Positions 1-10,302 of a stretch of DNA of 64,000 bases are shown here, in pieces. Source of the DNA: an uncultured Acidobacteriota bacterium (GTDB lineage: Bacteria > Acidobacteriota > Thermoanaerobaculia > Multivoradales > UBA5704). The DNA lies in contig OY969474.1 in the NCBI GenBank assembly GCA_963700145.1, positions 416,001-480,000 of the forward strand, read 5' to 3'. Under the pieces are notes generated by a model that did no database searches, had not been told where the DNA came from, and worked only from the letters and a program-made list of their open reading frames with translations. Numbering within the stretch: the first letter of the stretch is position 1; each line of letters begins with the position of its first letter. The translations under genes were made by a program, and so were the position numbers.

Positions 1-310
1 TGTTGACGAAGAAGGCGCGCGCGAGGCCGGGCGGCCCGAAGGCGAGCAGACGCCGGGCGGCCTCGGCGCGCACCGCCAGCGGCACGACGTTGCTCTGGAA
101 GAAGAGCGTCTCGGCCTGCGCGGCGAGGGCGGCGAGGAGCCGCGGGTGGCCGTAGCCGAGGAGCGCCACGGCGTGGCCGCCGTAGAGATCGAGAAGACGG
201 CGGCCGTCGCGCGTCTCCAGCCAGACACCGTCGCCGCGCACCGGCTCGAAGGGAGCGTGGGGATAGACGGGAAGGAGGACCTCCCGCTCGGCGGCCGTCG
301 CGGCGTTCAC
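1..310 (-). CDS. argD: Acetylornithine aminotransferase (class III PLP), N-terminal part; runs off the window
   Basis: Hand translation from GTG at 310, overlapping the argC stop: MNAATAAEREVLLPVYPHAPFEPVRGDGVWLETRDGRRLLDLYGGHAVALLGYGHP. This is a typical class III aminotransferase N-terminus in an arg operon. Confidence 0.85.
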   Translation of the reverse strand, partial: MNAATAAEREVLLPVYPHAPFEPVRGDGVWLETRDGRRLLDLYGGHAVALLGYGHPRLLAALAAQAETLFFQSNVVPLAVRAEAARRLLAFGPPGLARAFFVN

Positions 311-1380
311 AGCCACCCCGGCCCCGGCTGCGTCAGCCCCGCGGTCTCGGGAAAGCCCAGCAAGCGGTTCATCCACTGCACGCCGCCGCCGGCCGCGCCC
401 TTGACCAGGTTGTCGAGGGCGGAGAAGACGGCGACGTGGTCGCCGTCCACCGCGGCGGCGAGGCGGCAGCGGTTGGTGCCGACGATGTCCTGGAGGCGCG
501 GCGGCTCGGGGCCGACGTCGACGAACGGCGCGCCGGCGTAGAAGTCCGCCAGCGCCGCGGTCACCTCCGCGGCGGAAATCGGCCGCAACAGCCGCGCCTG
601 CAGCGTGGCGTAGATGCCGCGCGCGAACGGTCCGGCCTGCGGCACGAAGTGGATCTCCGGCTCGATCCCCGAGGCGGCCGCGGCGAGGGCGCGCATCTCC
701 GGCGCGTGGCGGTGGGCCAGCGGCTTGTAGGCGAAGAGGTTGCTGCGCCGCGCCGGATGGTGGGTGGTCGCCGTGGGCGTGCGTCCGGCGCCGGTCGAGC
801 CGGTGACGGCGACGACCGAGAGCCGCGGCTCGACGAGCCCCAGCCGCAGCAGCGGCACGGCGGCGAGGAGCACGGCGGTGGTAAAGCAGCCGGGGTGGCC
901 GATGTGGCCGTCCCAGCCGCCGTTCAGGTGCTCGGGCAGCGCGCAGCGGAAGGCGTCGAGGAGCGCCGGCGCGCCGTGCGGCTGGCCGTAGACCTCGGCG
1001 TACTCGGCGGCGGCGGCGAAGCGGAAGTCGGCCGAGAGGTCCACGGCGCGCGCTTCCGTTCCCGCCGCCGCGGCGGCCGCCAGCACCTCGTCGAGGAGCG
1101 CCGCCGCGGCGCCGTGCGGCGCGGCGCAGAAGAGCGCCAGCGGCGCGCCGCGGTGGCGGGCGAAGAGGGCCGGCAGCTCCTCGCGCCGCGCGAAGACCGT
1201 GCCGGGAAAGGCGCCGGCGAGGTGCGGGAAGGCGCCTTCGACCAGCTCGCCGGCCTGGCTCTCCGACACCGCGGCCGCGAGCCGCAGGTGCGGGTGGCCG
1301 GCGAGGAGGCGGAGGAGCTCGCCGGCGACGTAGCCCGAGCCGCCGAGGACGACCGCCGGGACCGTCGCGTCGCCGCTCAT
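307..1380 (-). CDS. argC: N-acetyl-gamma-glutamyl-phosphate reductase
   Basis: C-terminal part of ORF 307..2607, starting MSGDAT. Motifs GGSGYVAGELLRLL, DLSADFR, catalytic PGCF, GSTGAG and DNLVKGAAG. Confidence 0.93.
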   Translation of the reverse strand: MSGDATVPAVVLGGSGYVAGELLRLLAGHPHLRLAAAVSESQAGELVEGAFPHLAGAFPGTVFARREELPALFARHRGAPLALFCAAPHGAAAALLDEVLAAAAAAGTEARAVDLSADFRFAAAAEYAEVYGQPHGAPALLDAFRCALPEHLNGGWDGHIGHPGCFTTAVLLAAVPLLRLGLVEPRLSVVAVTGSTGAGRTPTATTHHPARRSNLFAYKPLAHRHAPEMRALAAAASGIEPEIHFVPQAGPFARGIYATLQARLLRPISAAEVTAALADFYAGAPFVDVGPEPPRLQDIVGTNRCRLAAAVDGDHVAVFSALDNLVKGAAGGGVQWMNRLLGFPETAGLTQPGPGWL

Positions 1381-2432
1381 CGCAGCACCTCCTGCGCCAG
1401 CCGCTCCCGCACCAGCGCGGCCAGGCGCGCGCCGTCGCTCCGCGCGTTGATCGCCGGCAGGCCCAGCTCGCGCTCGATGACCCGCGTCCCCGCCAGGTTG
1501 TCCGTGGCCGGGCCGGTCACCGCCAGCGGCTCGATGCCGAAGCGGTCGCGCAGCAGCCGCACGCCGCCCCACGCCGCGACCGGGTCGTTGGCGGCGAGCA
1601 CCACGGCGCTGAAGGCGGCGCGCAGCCCCGCGTCGTCGAGGATCGCCGCCACCCCGTAGGCGCCGAGCAGACCGTCCCCCAGCTCGGCGACGACGAGGTC
1701 GGGCCGGCCGGCGGCGAGGCGCGCCAGGAGGCCGCGGGCGACGGCCGCCGCGTTGTCGTCGGTGGTGGCGACGACGCCGAGGTCGGTGAAGTAGGTCGTG
1801 CGGCGCGCGCCGGCGTCTTCCATCGCCAGCAGGTCGCGGCGGAGCGAGACGCCGGTGGCCTTGAGCGCGTCCACGACGAGACCGCCGCGCGCCAGCTCGT
1901 GGACTAGGGCGCAGGCGGCGGCGGTCTTGCCGCAGTTCATGCACGAGCCGACCAGCGCCACGACGGGCGGCGGGTCGAGGAGCGGCGGCGGCGGCGCCGG
2001 CGGCTCGCCGGCGATCGTCGCCGCGACGCCGATGCGCTCGCCGAGGAAGGGGAAAGCGAGCACCGCACCCAGCACCTCGCACTCGAACGGCGGACCGAGC
2101 TCCGGGCTGGCGGCGTCGCAGATCCCCAGCACGCCGCCCATGTTGAGCAGGTGGACGACGTCGCCGGGCGCCAGCCGCTCGGGCAGGTGGCCGGCATAGC
2201 CGAAGAGCGCCTGCCGGTGGCCGAGGGCGCCGGCCAGGACGTCGCCGCGCTGCACCTTGGCGAGGCGCCCGCTCGGCAGCTCGAGCTGGTCGTAGGTGCT
2301 TTTGTCGTTGCGCACCCGCACCGCGACGACGGTTCCTTCGCGGCACGGGATCTCGTCGCCCAGCTTCACTTCGTGGGGCAGGGCGCAGGCGCGGGTGACG
2401 GAGGAGATTTTGTCCAGATGTACGGTTCTCAT
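1377..2432 (-). CDS. DUF1611-like P-loop protein inside the arg operon
   Basis: Start MRTVHLDKISS. Motifs VGSCMNCGKT, KATG, ELGDG and GPATDN resemble the DUF1611 family. Overlaps the argC start (ATGA). Confidence 0.7.
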   Translation of the reverse strand: MRTVHLDKISSVTRACALPHEVKLGDEIPCREGTVVAVRVRNDKSTYDQLELPSGRLAKVQRGDVLAGALGHRQALFGYAGHLPERLAPGDVVHLLNMGGVLGICDAASPELGPPFECEVLGAVLAFPFLGERIGVAATIAGEPPAPPPPLLDPPPVVALVGSCMNCGKTAAACALVHELARGGLVVDALKATGVSLRRDLLAMEDAGARRTTYFTDLGVVATTDDNAAAVARGLLARLAAGRPDLVVAELGDGLLGAYGVAAILDDAGLRAAFSAVVLAANDPVAAWGGVRLLRDRFGIEPLAVTGPATDNLAGTRVIERELGLPAINARSDGARLAALVRERLAQEVLR

Positions 2433-2440
2433 CGCAGGCG

Positions 2441-3811
2441 TTACCCTGAACTCGAGCTTGGGTGTGCTGGTGAGCTGTCGCGAAGAGCCCCCGCCCGGTC
2501 GATCGCATCGCCCCCCTCTGCCCTCGATCCCGCTCCCCCCTCGCGGGGGGAGCAGGACGCCTCCGCCCGGCCCTCGCTCCGGCCATCGTCCCTGGCGCCG
2601 CTTCCATCGGCGCTCTCGGCGCTCGCTCTGGCGTGCAGCATCCCGGGCAGGGCGGCGATGCGCGAGAAGCCGCGGGCGTCGGCGGCGGTCCACTCGCCGG
2701 CGGCCTCGCCGTAGACGCCGCGCGACGCGGCGAGGAGCGAGAAGGGCGAGCTCACCCCTTCGACGGCGACCTGGCCGGCGCGGAAGAGGAGCCGCACCTC
2801 GCCGGTGACCCGCTCCTGCGAGCGGAGGAGGAGGGCCTCGATGTCCCGGCAGACGGGGTCGAGGTGCTGCCCCTCATGCACCAGATCGCCGTAGACCGCG
2901 GCGACCGTCTCCTTGACGCGGAGCTGGCGGCCGGTGAGGGTGAGCTTCTCGAGCTCACGGTGGGCGGTCAGCACGACCTCCGCCGCCGGCGCCTCGAAGG
3001 CGACCCGGCCCTTGATGCCGAGGATCGTCTCGCCGAGGTGGATGCCGCGGCCGATGCCGTGCGGCGCCGCCAGCGCCTCCAGGCGCTCGAGCAGCGCCAC
3101 CGGCGCGAGCCGCTCGCCGTCGAGCGCCGCCGGGACTCCCCGCTCGAAGGCGAGGAGGTGGCGCGCCGGCGGCGGCGGCGCGTCGAAGGCGCCGCGCGTC
3201 AAGACCCACGCTGCTTCGGGGAGCGGCTCGACGGAGTCGAGCGTTTCCCGCCCGCCGATCGTCACCCCCCAGAGGCCGCGGTTGACCGAGTAGGCGGCGC
3301 CGAACGCCGGCACCGGCAGGCCGCGGGCTTCGAGGTAGGCCACCTGCTCGGCGCGCGGGCGCGGCTGGTCGCGCACCGGCGCCAGCACTTCCAGCCCGGG
3401 GTCGAGGGTGCGCAGCGCCACCTCGAACCGCACCTGGTCGTTGCCCGCCGCCGTGCAGCCGTGGGCCACCGTGCGGCTCCCCAGCCGCGCCGCGGCGCGC
3501 GCCACCTCCTGCGCCTGCACCACGCGCTCGGCGCCGACGCAGAGCGGGTAGGTCTGCCCGCGCCGCACGTTGCCCATGATCAGGAAGCGGAGGACGCGGT
3601 CGAAGAACGCGTCGCGGGCGTCGACGAGGTGATGGTCGGCGGCGCCGAGGGCGCGGGCGCGGGCGGCGAGGGCGGCGGCGGCTTCCGCGTCCAGACCGCC
3701 GGTGTCGACGGTCACCGCCACGACCGGCCGGCCGAGCGTCTCGCTCAGCCAGGGGATGCAGAAGGAAGTGTCGAGCCCGCCGGAGAAGGCGAGGAGGATC
3801 GGCTCGGTCAT
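2441..3811 (-). CDS. argG: Argininosuccinate synthase with a low-complexity C-terminal tail
   Basis: AFSGGLDTS, AHGCTAAGNDQVRF, GIKGRVAFEAP. Confidence 0.95.
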   Translation of the reverse strand: MTEPILLAFSGGLDTSFCIPWLSETLGRPVVAVTVDTGGLDAEAAAALAARARALGAADHHLVDARDAFFDRVLRFLIMGNVRRGQTYPLCVGAERVVQAQEVARAAARLGSRTVAHGCTAAGNDQVRFEVALRTLDPGLEVLAPVRDQPRPRAEQVAYLEARGLPVPAFGAAYSVNRGLWGVTIGGRETLDSVEPLPEAAWVLTRGAFDAPPPPARHLLAFERGVPAALDGERLAPVALLERLEALAAPHGIGRGIHLGETILGIKGRVAFEAPAAEVVLTAHRELEKLTLTGRQLRVKETVAAVYGDLVHEGQHLDPVCRDIEALLLRSQERVTGEVRLLFRAGQVAVEGVSSPFSLLAASRGVYGEAAGEWTAADARGFSRIAALPGMLHARASAESADGSGARDDGRSEGRAEASCSPREGGAGSRAEGGDAIDRAGALRDSSPAHPSSSSG

Positions 3812-3815
3812 GAGG

Positions 3816-4271
3816 TCACCTCGTGAGCAGACGTCGCAGGCGTTGCAGGAAGCGCTTCTGCTCGCGCGCGCCGGCGGTGGCGACGAAGATCGTGTCGTCG
3901 CCCGCCACCGTGCCGACGACCTCCGGCCAGGCGGCGCGGTCGAGCGCCGAGGCCACCGGCTGCGCCGCGCCGACCGTGGTGACGACCACTGTCAGGTGCG
4001 GGCCCGCGGGCTTGGCACTGCGCAGGAAGGTGGCGAGGCCGTCGAGCTTCGCGTCCTCGGCCGGGCCCTCGGCGGGCGGCGGCAGATAGCGGCCGGCGAC
4101 GCGCGCCACGCCGAGATCGCGCAGGTCGCGGCTGACGCTCGACTGCGTGGCCGGCAGGCCGCGCGCGTGCAGCAGCTCGACGAGCTCCTCCTGGCGCGCG
4201 ACGCGCTCCGCCGTCAGGAGGGCGAGGATCTCCTGCTGGCGGCGGTGGCGGATCTCGGTGTCGGTCGGCAT
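3816..4271 (-). CDS. argR: Arginine repressor
   Basis: [13 protein letters not shown] helix-turn-helix and [11 protein letters not shown] arginine-binding motif. Confidence 0.96.
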   Translation of the reverse strand: MPTDTEIRHRRQQEILALLTAERVARQEELVELLHARGLPATQSSVSRDLRDLGVARVAGRYLPPPAEGPAEDAKLDGLATFLRSAKPAGPHLTVVVTTVGAAQPVASALDRAAWPEVVGTVAGDDTIFVATAGAREQKRFLQRLRRLLTR

Positions 4272-4285
4272 CGGCGCGGCATCAA

Positions 4286-4320
4286 AATGCGCATTCTAGT
4301 GCATAACTTGGGAGTGTCAA
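4286..4320 (-). promoter_or_regulatory. sigma70 promoter of the arg operon overlapped by an ARG-box-like operator
   Basis: Minus strand reads TTGACA (4320-4315), N16, TAGAAT (4298-4293). The overlapping TGCAC-TAGA-ATGCG matches TGCAT-N4-ATGCA with 2 mismatches. It is an AT-rich patch directly upstream of argR. Confidence 0.7.
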
Positions 4321-4344
4321 GGGCGGGAGAGCCCGCGGCGGGCG

Positions 4345-4812
4345 CTAACGGCGGCGGGAGGAGGACGACGGCGGCTCGCTGCCGGCCGGAACGGGGAGTT
4401 GCTGCAGGACCTCCTGGAGCTGGCGCACCAGCTTGTGGAAGCCGCGCAGCACCTCGCCTGCCGTGTCGTGCGGGACGTCGGAGACCGCGCTGCCTCCGGC
4501 CGGCTGGAGCGGGTAGGCGTCGCTCGATGTCGTGGAGGCGGGCGGCTCCGCGAGAGCCGCACGCGTCGCCGCGGAGGCGCCGCTGTAACGCCCTTTCACG
4601 AGCGCGAGTGCCTCATGGAGGGCGAGCAGGTCGGAACCGAGGGCGCGCAGGATCTTGTCGAGCGTCTCGAGCGACGGCCGCTGCTTGCCGGTCTCGTAGG
4701 CGCAGAGCATCCCCTTGGTGATCCCGGCCGATTCGGCGACCTCGTACTGCTTCTTCCCCTGGCAGTCCCGCAGCCACCGAAGTGCCTTGCCCAGGTTCTC
4801 GAAGAGGTCCAT
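4345..4812 (-). CDS. XRE-family HTH transcriptional regulator
   Basis: MDLFENLGKALRWLR...QYEVAESAGITKGMLCAYETGKQRPSLETLDKILRAL; GGAGG upstream. Confidence 0.88.
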   Translation of the reverse strand: MDLFENLGKALRWLRDCQGKKQYEVAESAGITKGMLCAYETGKQRPSLETLDKILRALGSDLLALHEALALVKGRYSGASAATRAALAEPPASTTSSDAYPLQPAGGSAVSDVPHDTAGEVLRGFHKLVRQLQEVLQQLPVPAGSEPPSSSSRRR

Positions 4813-4869
4813 CGAATCTCCGCCTCCCTGCCGATCCGCGTGCGGCGGCGGCTTTGCCGGCAGATGTTC

Positions 4870-4899
4870 ATCGTATGGCGGTAACTGGGCGTAAGTCAA
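4870..4899 (-). promoter_or_regulatory. Putative sigma70 promoter of the XRE gene
   Basis: Minus strand TTGACT, N18, TACGAT. Confidence 0.4.
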
Positions 4900-5166
4900 G
4901 CGGCGAGACGCCCCTTTTTCGGGCTTTGATGCGGCGCTGCTGCATAACGCGTATGAGCAGATCCCCGATTTCGCAAACTGTCCCGTAGGCACGGTTTATC
5001 CACACCCTAGGGTTGGAACGTAGATGTCGCGGCGCGGTCGAGTTCGGGCGATGTATGGGCCTGGGTCGCTGGCGCCGGGTCCACCCATCCGTTCAAGAGG
5101 CACAGCGTTCGGCCGGGGCCGCACGAGGGAGTCCCGCACCCCGAACGAACGTATCGATGGAGGCGA

Positions 5167-8100
5167 ATGGACGACGGAGCGGCGAGGAGGACCGGCGGTT
5201 CGGCGAGGGAGCCGCACGGCGTCCACGAGCTCTTCACGGCGCAGTCTCGTCGCGCGCCAGCCGCGATCGCGGCGCGCTTCGGGCCCGGCGAGGAGCTCAC
5301 TTATGGCGAGCTCGACGCACGCGCGCGCCACCTCGCCGCACGCCTCCGCGCCGGCGGGATCGGGCCGGAGACGCTCGTCGCGCTCTGCTTCGAGCGCACC
5401 CCCGAGCTGCCCGTGGCGCTCCTCGCGGTGCTGCGCGCCGGCGGCGCCTACCTGCCGCTCGAGCCGACGCAGCCGCCGGCCCGCCTCGACGCCTTGCTCG
5501 ACGATGCGCGGCCGGCGCTGGTGCTGACCGAGCGACGCCTGCGCCACCGGCTGCGGGCGGACGCTGTCCCCGTGATGTGCGTCGACGAGCTGGACGACGC
5601 CAGCACGCCGAGCGGGCTCGCGCCTGCCGAGAACGAGCCGATCCTTCATCCCGAGCAGGCCGCCTACGTCGTCTATACCTCGGGCTCGACCGGCGCGCCG
5701 AAGGGGGTGGTGGTGCCGCACGCGCCGCTCCTCGCGCACTGCCGTGCGGTGGGCGCGGCCTACGCGCTCTCTGCCGCCGACCGCGTCCTGCAGTTCTCTT
5801 CGCTCGCCTTCGACGTCGCGGCCGAGGAGCTCTTCCCGACCTGGGCCGCCGGCGGCACAGTGGTCTTCCGCGGCCAGACCGGGCAGTCCTCCGTGCACGA
5901 GCTGGTCGACTTCCTGCGGCGCGAAGCGGTGACGGTGGCGAACCTCCCCGCGGCGCTGTGGCACCAGTGGGTGGGAGAGCTGGAGCGCGGCGCCGCGCTC
6001 CGGCCGCCGGACTCGCTGCGCCTCGTCGTCGCCGGCAGCGAGGCGGTCCTCCCCGAGCGGCTGACGGCCTGGCAGCGGCACGCCGGCCGGCGTCCGCGGT
6101 GGCTGAACGCCTACGGTCCGAGCGAGGCGACGATCACGGCCACGCTCTTCGAGCCGGAGCCGGCGGAGGAGCTCGACGGCGGCGCGGTCCCGATCGGCAG
6201 GCCGCTGCCGCACGTGGTGATGCGCCTGCTCGACTCCGCGCTGCAGCCGCCCGAGGGCGGCGCGAGCGGCGAGATCTTCCTCGGCGGCGGCTGCCTCGCT
6301 CGCGGCTATCTGCGACGCCCCGACCTCACGGCCGAGCGCTTCGTCCCGGACCCCGCGGCCGCCACACCGGGCGGCCGCCTCTACCGCACCGGCGATCTCG
6401 CGGCGCACCGCACCGACGGGCAGCTCCTCTTCCTCGGGCGTGCCGACGGACAGGTGAAGGTGCGCGGCGTCCGCGTCGAGCTGGGCGAGGTCGAGGCGGC
6501 GCTGGCGGCGCATCCCGGCCTGCGCGAGGCGGCGGTTGGGGTGCGGGAGCCGCAGGCGGGACGGGGCGAGCGGCGGCTGGCCGCCTATCTCGTGCCGCGC
6601 GAGTCGGAAGGCGCCGGGACCGCGGCGGTGCGCGCCTGGCTGCGCGAGCGGTTGCCGGAGGCGATGGTGCCGTCGATCTGGGTGGAGCTGGCGGCGTTGC
6701 CGCGCACCCCGGGAGGCAAGGTGGACCGGCAGGCCCTTCACCAGGCGCCGCCCGTTGCGGTGAGCGCCGCCGGCGAGCATCAGCCTCTCCTGACCGCGAC
6801 CGAGCGGGCGCTCGCCCCTCTCTGGTGCGAGCTGCTCGCGGTCGAGAGCGCCGGCCGCGACGACCACTTCTTCGACCAGGGCGGCCACTCGCTGCTCGCC
6901 GGGCAGCTCCTGGCGCGGGTGCGCGAGGTCTTCGCCGTCGACCTCAATCTCGCCACGCTGTTCGAAACGCCGACGCTGGCGGGCTTGGCGGCCGCGATCC
7001 GGTCGCGCGCCGACGAAGGCGGGGGCGCCGAGGCGCCGCCGCTGCGGCGCGTGCCCCGCGACCGGCCGCTCGCGCTCTCCTATCCGCAGGAGAGCGTCTG
7101 GCTGCTGCAGAAGCTGGCGCCCGGGCTGCTCGCCTACAACACGCAGATCACGCTCCGCTTCGCCGGCGCGCTCCACGTCGCGGCGCTCGCCTGGAGCCTG
7201 CGCGAGCTGGTCCGCCGCCACGAGGTCTTTCGCACCGCCTTCGGGGAGGTCGAGGGGCGGCCGGTGCAGCGCGTGCACCCGGCGGACCACCCGTTGGCGC
7301 GGGTGCGCCTGCCCGCGGTGGACCTCTCGATGCTGCCGGAGCCGGCGCGCGGCGAGGAGGCGGCGCGGCTGCTCGCCGCCGAGTGCGCGCGGCCGTTCGA
7401 TCTCGCCGGCTTCCCGCTCGTCCGCTGGCTGCTGCTGCGCCGCGCGCCCGACCTGCACCAGCTCGTCATGGTCGAGCACCACTTCGTCCACGACGGCTGG
7501 TCGCTCGCCCTCGTCTTGCGCGAGCTCAAGGGGCTCTACGGCACCCGCGCCGCCGGCGCGGCCACCCCGCTCGCCGAGCCGCAGTTCCAGTTCGCCGACT
7601 ACGCCGCCTGGCAGCGCCGGTGGCTGGACAGCGAGGCCCTGGCGCCGCGCCTCGCCTGGTGGCGCGAGCGCCTGGCGGGGGCGCCGCCGGCGCTCGAGCT
7701 GCCGGGCGTCAAGTCGCGCCCGCCGGTGCCCAGCTACCGCGGGGGCACGCTCACCGTCGAGCTGCCGGCGGCCCTGGCGGCGGGCCTGCGAGCTCTCGGA
7801 CAGGAGTGCGAGGCGACGCTCTTCATGACGCTGCTGGCCGCCTTCGAGGCGCTCCTCTCCCGTCTCACCGGACGCAGCGACGTCGTCGTCGGCTCGGCCG
7901 TCGCCAACCGCTGGCCGCGCGAGGCCGAAGGCATCGTGGGAATGATGGTGAACCCGGCCGTCTTCCGCACCGACCTCGGCGGCGACCCGACCTTCCGCGA
8001 GCTGATCGGCCGGGTGCGCGAGACGGCGCTCGGCGTCTACGCCCACCAGGAGGTGCCCTTCGAGAAGCTCGTCGAGGAGCTGGCGCCGGAGCGCGATCCC

Positions 8101-10302
8101 AGCCGCAACCCGATCTTCCAGGTGGCCTTCAGCTTCCACGACTCCGAGGTGCCGGACCTCGCCTGGCCGGGCCTGCAGGCGACCGTCGAGTACCGCCACA
8201 ACCAGACCGCCAAGTTCGATCTCAACGTGGTGGTCATGCCGGGGGCGGGGCGGCGGCACGGGCTGGTCGAGGCGGGGACGGGCGAAGGGCTGGCGATGGA
8301 GTGGGAGTTCGCGCGCGACCTCTTCGACGAGGCGGCGGTCGAGCGGCTGATCGAGCGCTACGTCACGCTCCTCGAAGGCGCCGCCGCGGCGCCGGACCGT
8401 CGCCTGTCGGAGCTGCCACTGCTGTCGGCCGAGGAGGAGCGGCAGCTCGCGGCCTGGAATGCGACGGGGAGGCCGATCGCGCTCGCGCGTCCCGTTCACC
8501 GGCTCTTCGAGGAGCGCGCCGCCGCGGCGCCGCAGGCGCTCGCCGTCGCCGGGCCGGGGGGGCGGCGGCTCACCTACGCCGAGCTGGACGCCCGCGCCAA
8601 CCGGCTGGCGCACCACCTCCGCCGCCTCGGCGTCGGGGCGGAGGTGCCGGTGGCGGTCCTTCTCGAACGGTCGCCCGAGATGATCGTCGCCGCCCTCGCC
8701 GCGCTGAAGGCGGGCGGCGCCTATCTCCCGCTCGACCCTGTCTACCCGGCGGAACGGCTGGCCTGGCTGGTGACCGATGCGCGGGTGGGTGCGGTCGTGA
8801 CGGAGGAGTCGCTCGCTGGGCGCGTGGAGGGCGGCGGCGCGCCGCTCGTCGTCCTCGACGCCCTCGAGCGCCCCTGGGGCAACGAGCCCGCGACGCCACC
8901 GCCGCTCGGCGACCCGGCGCCGGAGGCGCTCGCCTACCTCATCTACACGTCGGGCTCGACCGGCAAGCCGAAGGGCGTCGAGGTGGCGCACGCCGCGCTG
9001 CTCAACCTCGTGGCCTGGCACGACCAGACCTACGGCGTGCAGGCGGCGGACCGCGCCACGCAGCTCGCCGGCCCGGCGTTCGATGCAGCTGTCTGGGAGG
9101 TGTGGCCCTATCTGGCGGCGGGGGCGAGCCTCCATCTGCCGGACGAAGAGACCCGCACCTCGGCCTCGCGTCTCGGCCGCTGGCTGGCGCAGCAACGCAT
9201 CACCCTGGCTTTCCTGCCGACGCCGCTCGCGGAAGCCTTGCTGGCCGAGGAGCTGCCGGCGGGGATCGTCCTGCGCGCCCTGCTCACCGGCGGCGACCGC
9301 CTGCACCGTGCGCCCGACGCGCCGCTGCCGTTCCGCCTGGTCAACCACTACGGGCCGACCGAGAACACGGTGGTGGCGACGGCCGGCGAGGTGGCCGCGG
9401 ACGGCGCCCGCGACGAGGCCGGGCCGCCGCCCATCGGCGCGCCGATCGCCAACGTCCGCGTCGAGCTGCTCGACCCGCACCTGCAGCGCGTGCCGGTGGG
9501 CGTCGCGGGGGAGCTGTGCGTCGGCGGCGCCGGGCTGGCGCGCGGCTACCGCGGCCGGCCCGACCTCACCGCGGAGCGCTTCGTCCCCGATCCCTTCGCC
9601 GCCGAGCGCGGGGAGCCGGGCGCGCGTCTCTACCGCACCGGCGACCTCGCCGCCTGGCTGGCGGACGGCACGCTGGACTTCCGGGGCCGGGGCGACGAGC
9701 AGGTCAAGATCCGCGGCTTCCGCATCGAGCCGGGCGAGATCGAGGCGACGCTCGTCGAGCACCCGGGGGTGCGCGAGGCGGCGGTCGTCGCTCGCGATGA
9801 AGCGGCGGGCGCCAGGCGGCTCGTCGCGTACGTTGTCCCGGCAGCAGCGCGCGCCGGCGAGGCGGACCTCGAGTCGCTCCGCCTCTGGCTCGCCGAGCGC
9901 CTGCCGGCCTACATGGTCCCCACCGCCTGGGTGGCGCTGGAGTCGCTCCCGATCACGCCCAACGGCAAGGTGGACCGGCGCGCGCTGCCGGCGCCGCCGC
10001 CCGTGCGCGCCGCCGGCGCCTACGTGGCGCCGCGCAACTCGGTCGAGGAGCTGGTTGCCGGCATCTGGGCCGACCTCCTCGAAACCGAGCGCGTCGGGCG
10101 GCACGACAACTTCTTCAAGCTCGGCGGCTACTCGCTGGTCGCGGCGCGGATGCTGGCGCGACTCCGCGACGTCCTCGACCTCGAGCTGCCGCTGCTCACG
10201 CTCTTCGAGGCGCCGACCCTCGAGCACTTCGCGCAGGCCGTGGAGGAGGCGTTGCTCGCCGAGGAGGGCGAGCTCCTCGCCAGCGAGGCGCGGGCCAGTT
10301 GA
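5167..10302 (+). CDS. NRPS 1: A-T-C-A-T (loading module, basic residue/Arg-like; module 2, Leu-like)
   Basis: YTSGSTG and YRTGD motifs, T domains GGHSL and GGYSL, C domain [10 protein letters not shown]1 pocket FDVAAEE...[11 protein letters not shown]; A2 pocket [21 protein letters not shown]. Confidence 0.96.
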   Translation: MDDGAARRTGGSAREPHGVHELFTAQSRRAPAAIAARFGPGEELTYGELDARARHLAARLRAGGIGPETLVALCFERTPELPVALLAVLRAGGAYLPLEPTQPPARLDALLDDARPALVLTERRLRHRLRADAVPVMCVDELDDASTPSGLAPAENEPILHPEQAAYVVYTSGSTGAPKGVVVPHAPLLAHCRAVGAAYALSAADRVLQFSSLAFDVAAEELFPTWAAGGTVVFRGQTGQSSVHELVDFLRREAVTVANLPAALWHQWVGELERGAALRPPDSLRLVVAGSEAVLPERLTAWQRHAGRRPRWLNAYGPSEATITATLFEPEPAEELDGGAVPIGRPLPHVVMRLLDSALQPPEGGASGEIFLGGGCLARGYLRRPDLTAERFVPDPAAATPGGRLYRTGDLAAHRTDGQLLFLGRADGQVKVRGVRVELGEVEAALAAHPGLREAAVGVREPQAGRGERRLAAYLVPRESEGAGTAAVRAWLRERLPEAMVPSIWVELAALPRTPGGKVDRQALHQAPPVAVSAAGEHQPLLTATERALAPLWCELLAVESAGRDDHFFDQGGHSLLAGQLLARVREVFAVDLNLATLFETPTLAGLAAAIRSRADEGGGAEAPPLRRVPRDRPLALSYPQESVWLLQKLAPGLLAYNTQITLRFAGALHVAALAWSLRELVRRHEVFRTAFGEVEGRPVQRVHPADHPLARVRLPAVDLSMLPEPARGEEAARLLAAECARPFDLAGFPLVRWLLLRRAPDLHQLVMVEHHFVHDGWSLALVLRELKGLYGTRAAGAATPLAEPQFQFADYAAWQRRWLDSEALAPRLAWWRERLAGAPPALELPGVKSRPPVPSYRGGTLTVELPAALAAGLRALGQECEATLFMTLLAAFEALLSRLTGRSDVVVGSAVANRWPREAEGIVGMMVNPAVFRTDLGGDPTFRELIGRVRETALGVYAHQEVPFEKLVEELAPERDPSRNPIFQVAFSFHDSEVPDLAWPGLQATVEYRHNQTAKFDLNVVVMPGAGRRHGLVEAGTGEGLAMEWEFARDLFDEAAVERLIERYVTLLEGAAAAPDRRLSELPLLSAEEERQLAAWNATGRPIALARPVHRLFEERAAAAPQALAVAGPGGRRLTYAELDARANRLAHHLRRLGVGAEVPVAVLLERSPEMIVAALAALKAGGAYLPLDPVYPAERLAWLVTDARVGAVVTEESLAGRVEGGGAPLVVLDALERPWGNEPATPPPLGDPAPEALAYLIYTSGSTGKPKGVEVAHAALLNLVAWHDQTYGVQAADRATQLAGPAFDAAVWEVWPYLAAGASLHLPDEETRTSASRLGRWLAQQRITLAFLPTPLAEALLAEELPAGIVLRALLTGGDRLHRAPDAPLPFRLVNHYGPTENTVVATAGEVAADGARDEAGPPPIGAPIANVRVELLDPHLQRVPVGVAGELCVGGAGLARGYRGRPDLTAERFVPDPFAAERGEPGARLYRTGDLAAWLADGTLDFRGRGDEQVKIRGFRIEPGEIEATLVEHPGVREAAVVARDEAAGARRLVAYVVPAAARAGEADLESLRLWLAERLPAYMVPTAWVALESLPITPNGKVDRRALPAPPPVRAAGAYVAPRNSVEELVAGIWADLLETERVGRHDNFFKLGGYSLVAARMLARLRDVLDLELPLLTLFEAPTLEHFAQAVEEALLAEEGELLASEARAS

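Noticed and set aside
307-1380. LysY/LysW-type lysine pathway
   Set aside because: The argR and argG context, with no lysW or lysX in view, favours ArgC.
4937-4997. Imperfect palindromes upstream of NRPS 1 (CTGCTGCATA..TATGAGCAG; AAACTGT-N9-ACGGTTT)
   Set aside because: They could be XRE or ArgR sites but are too degenerate to support a call.
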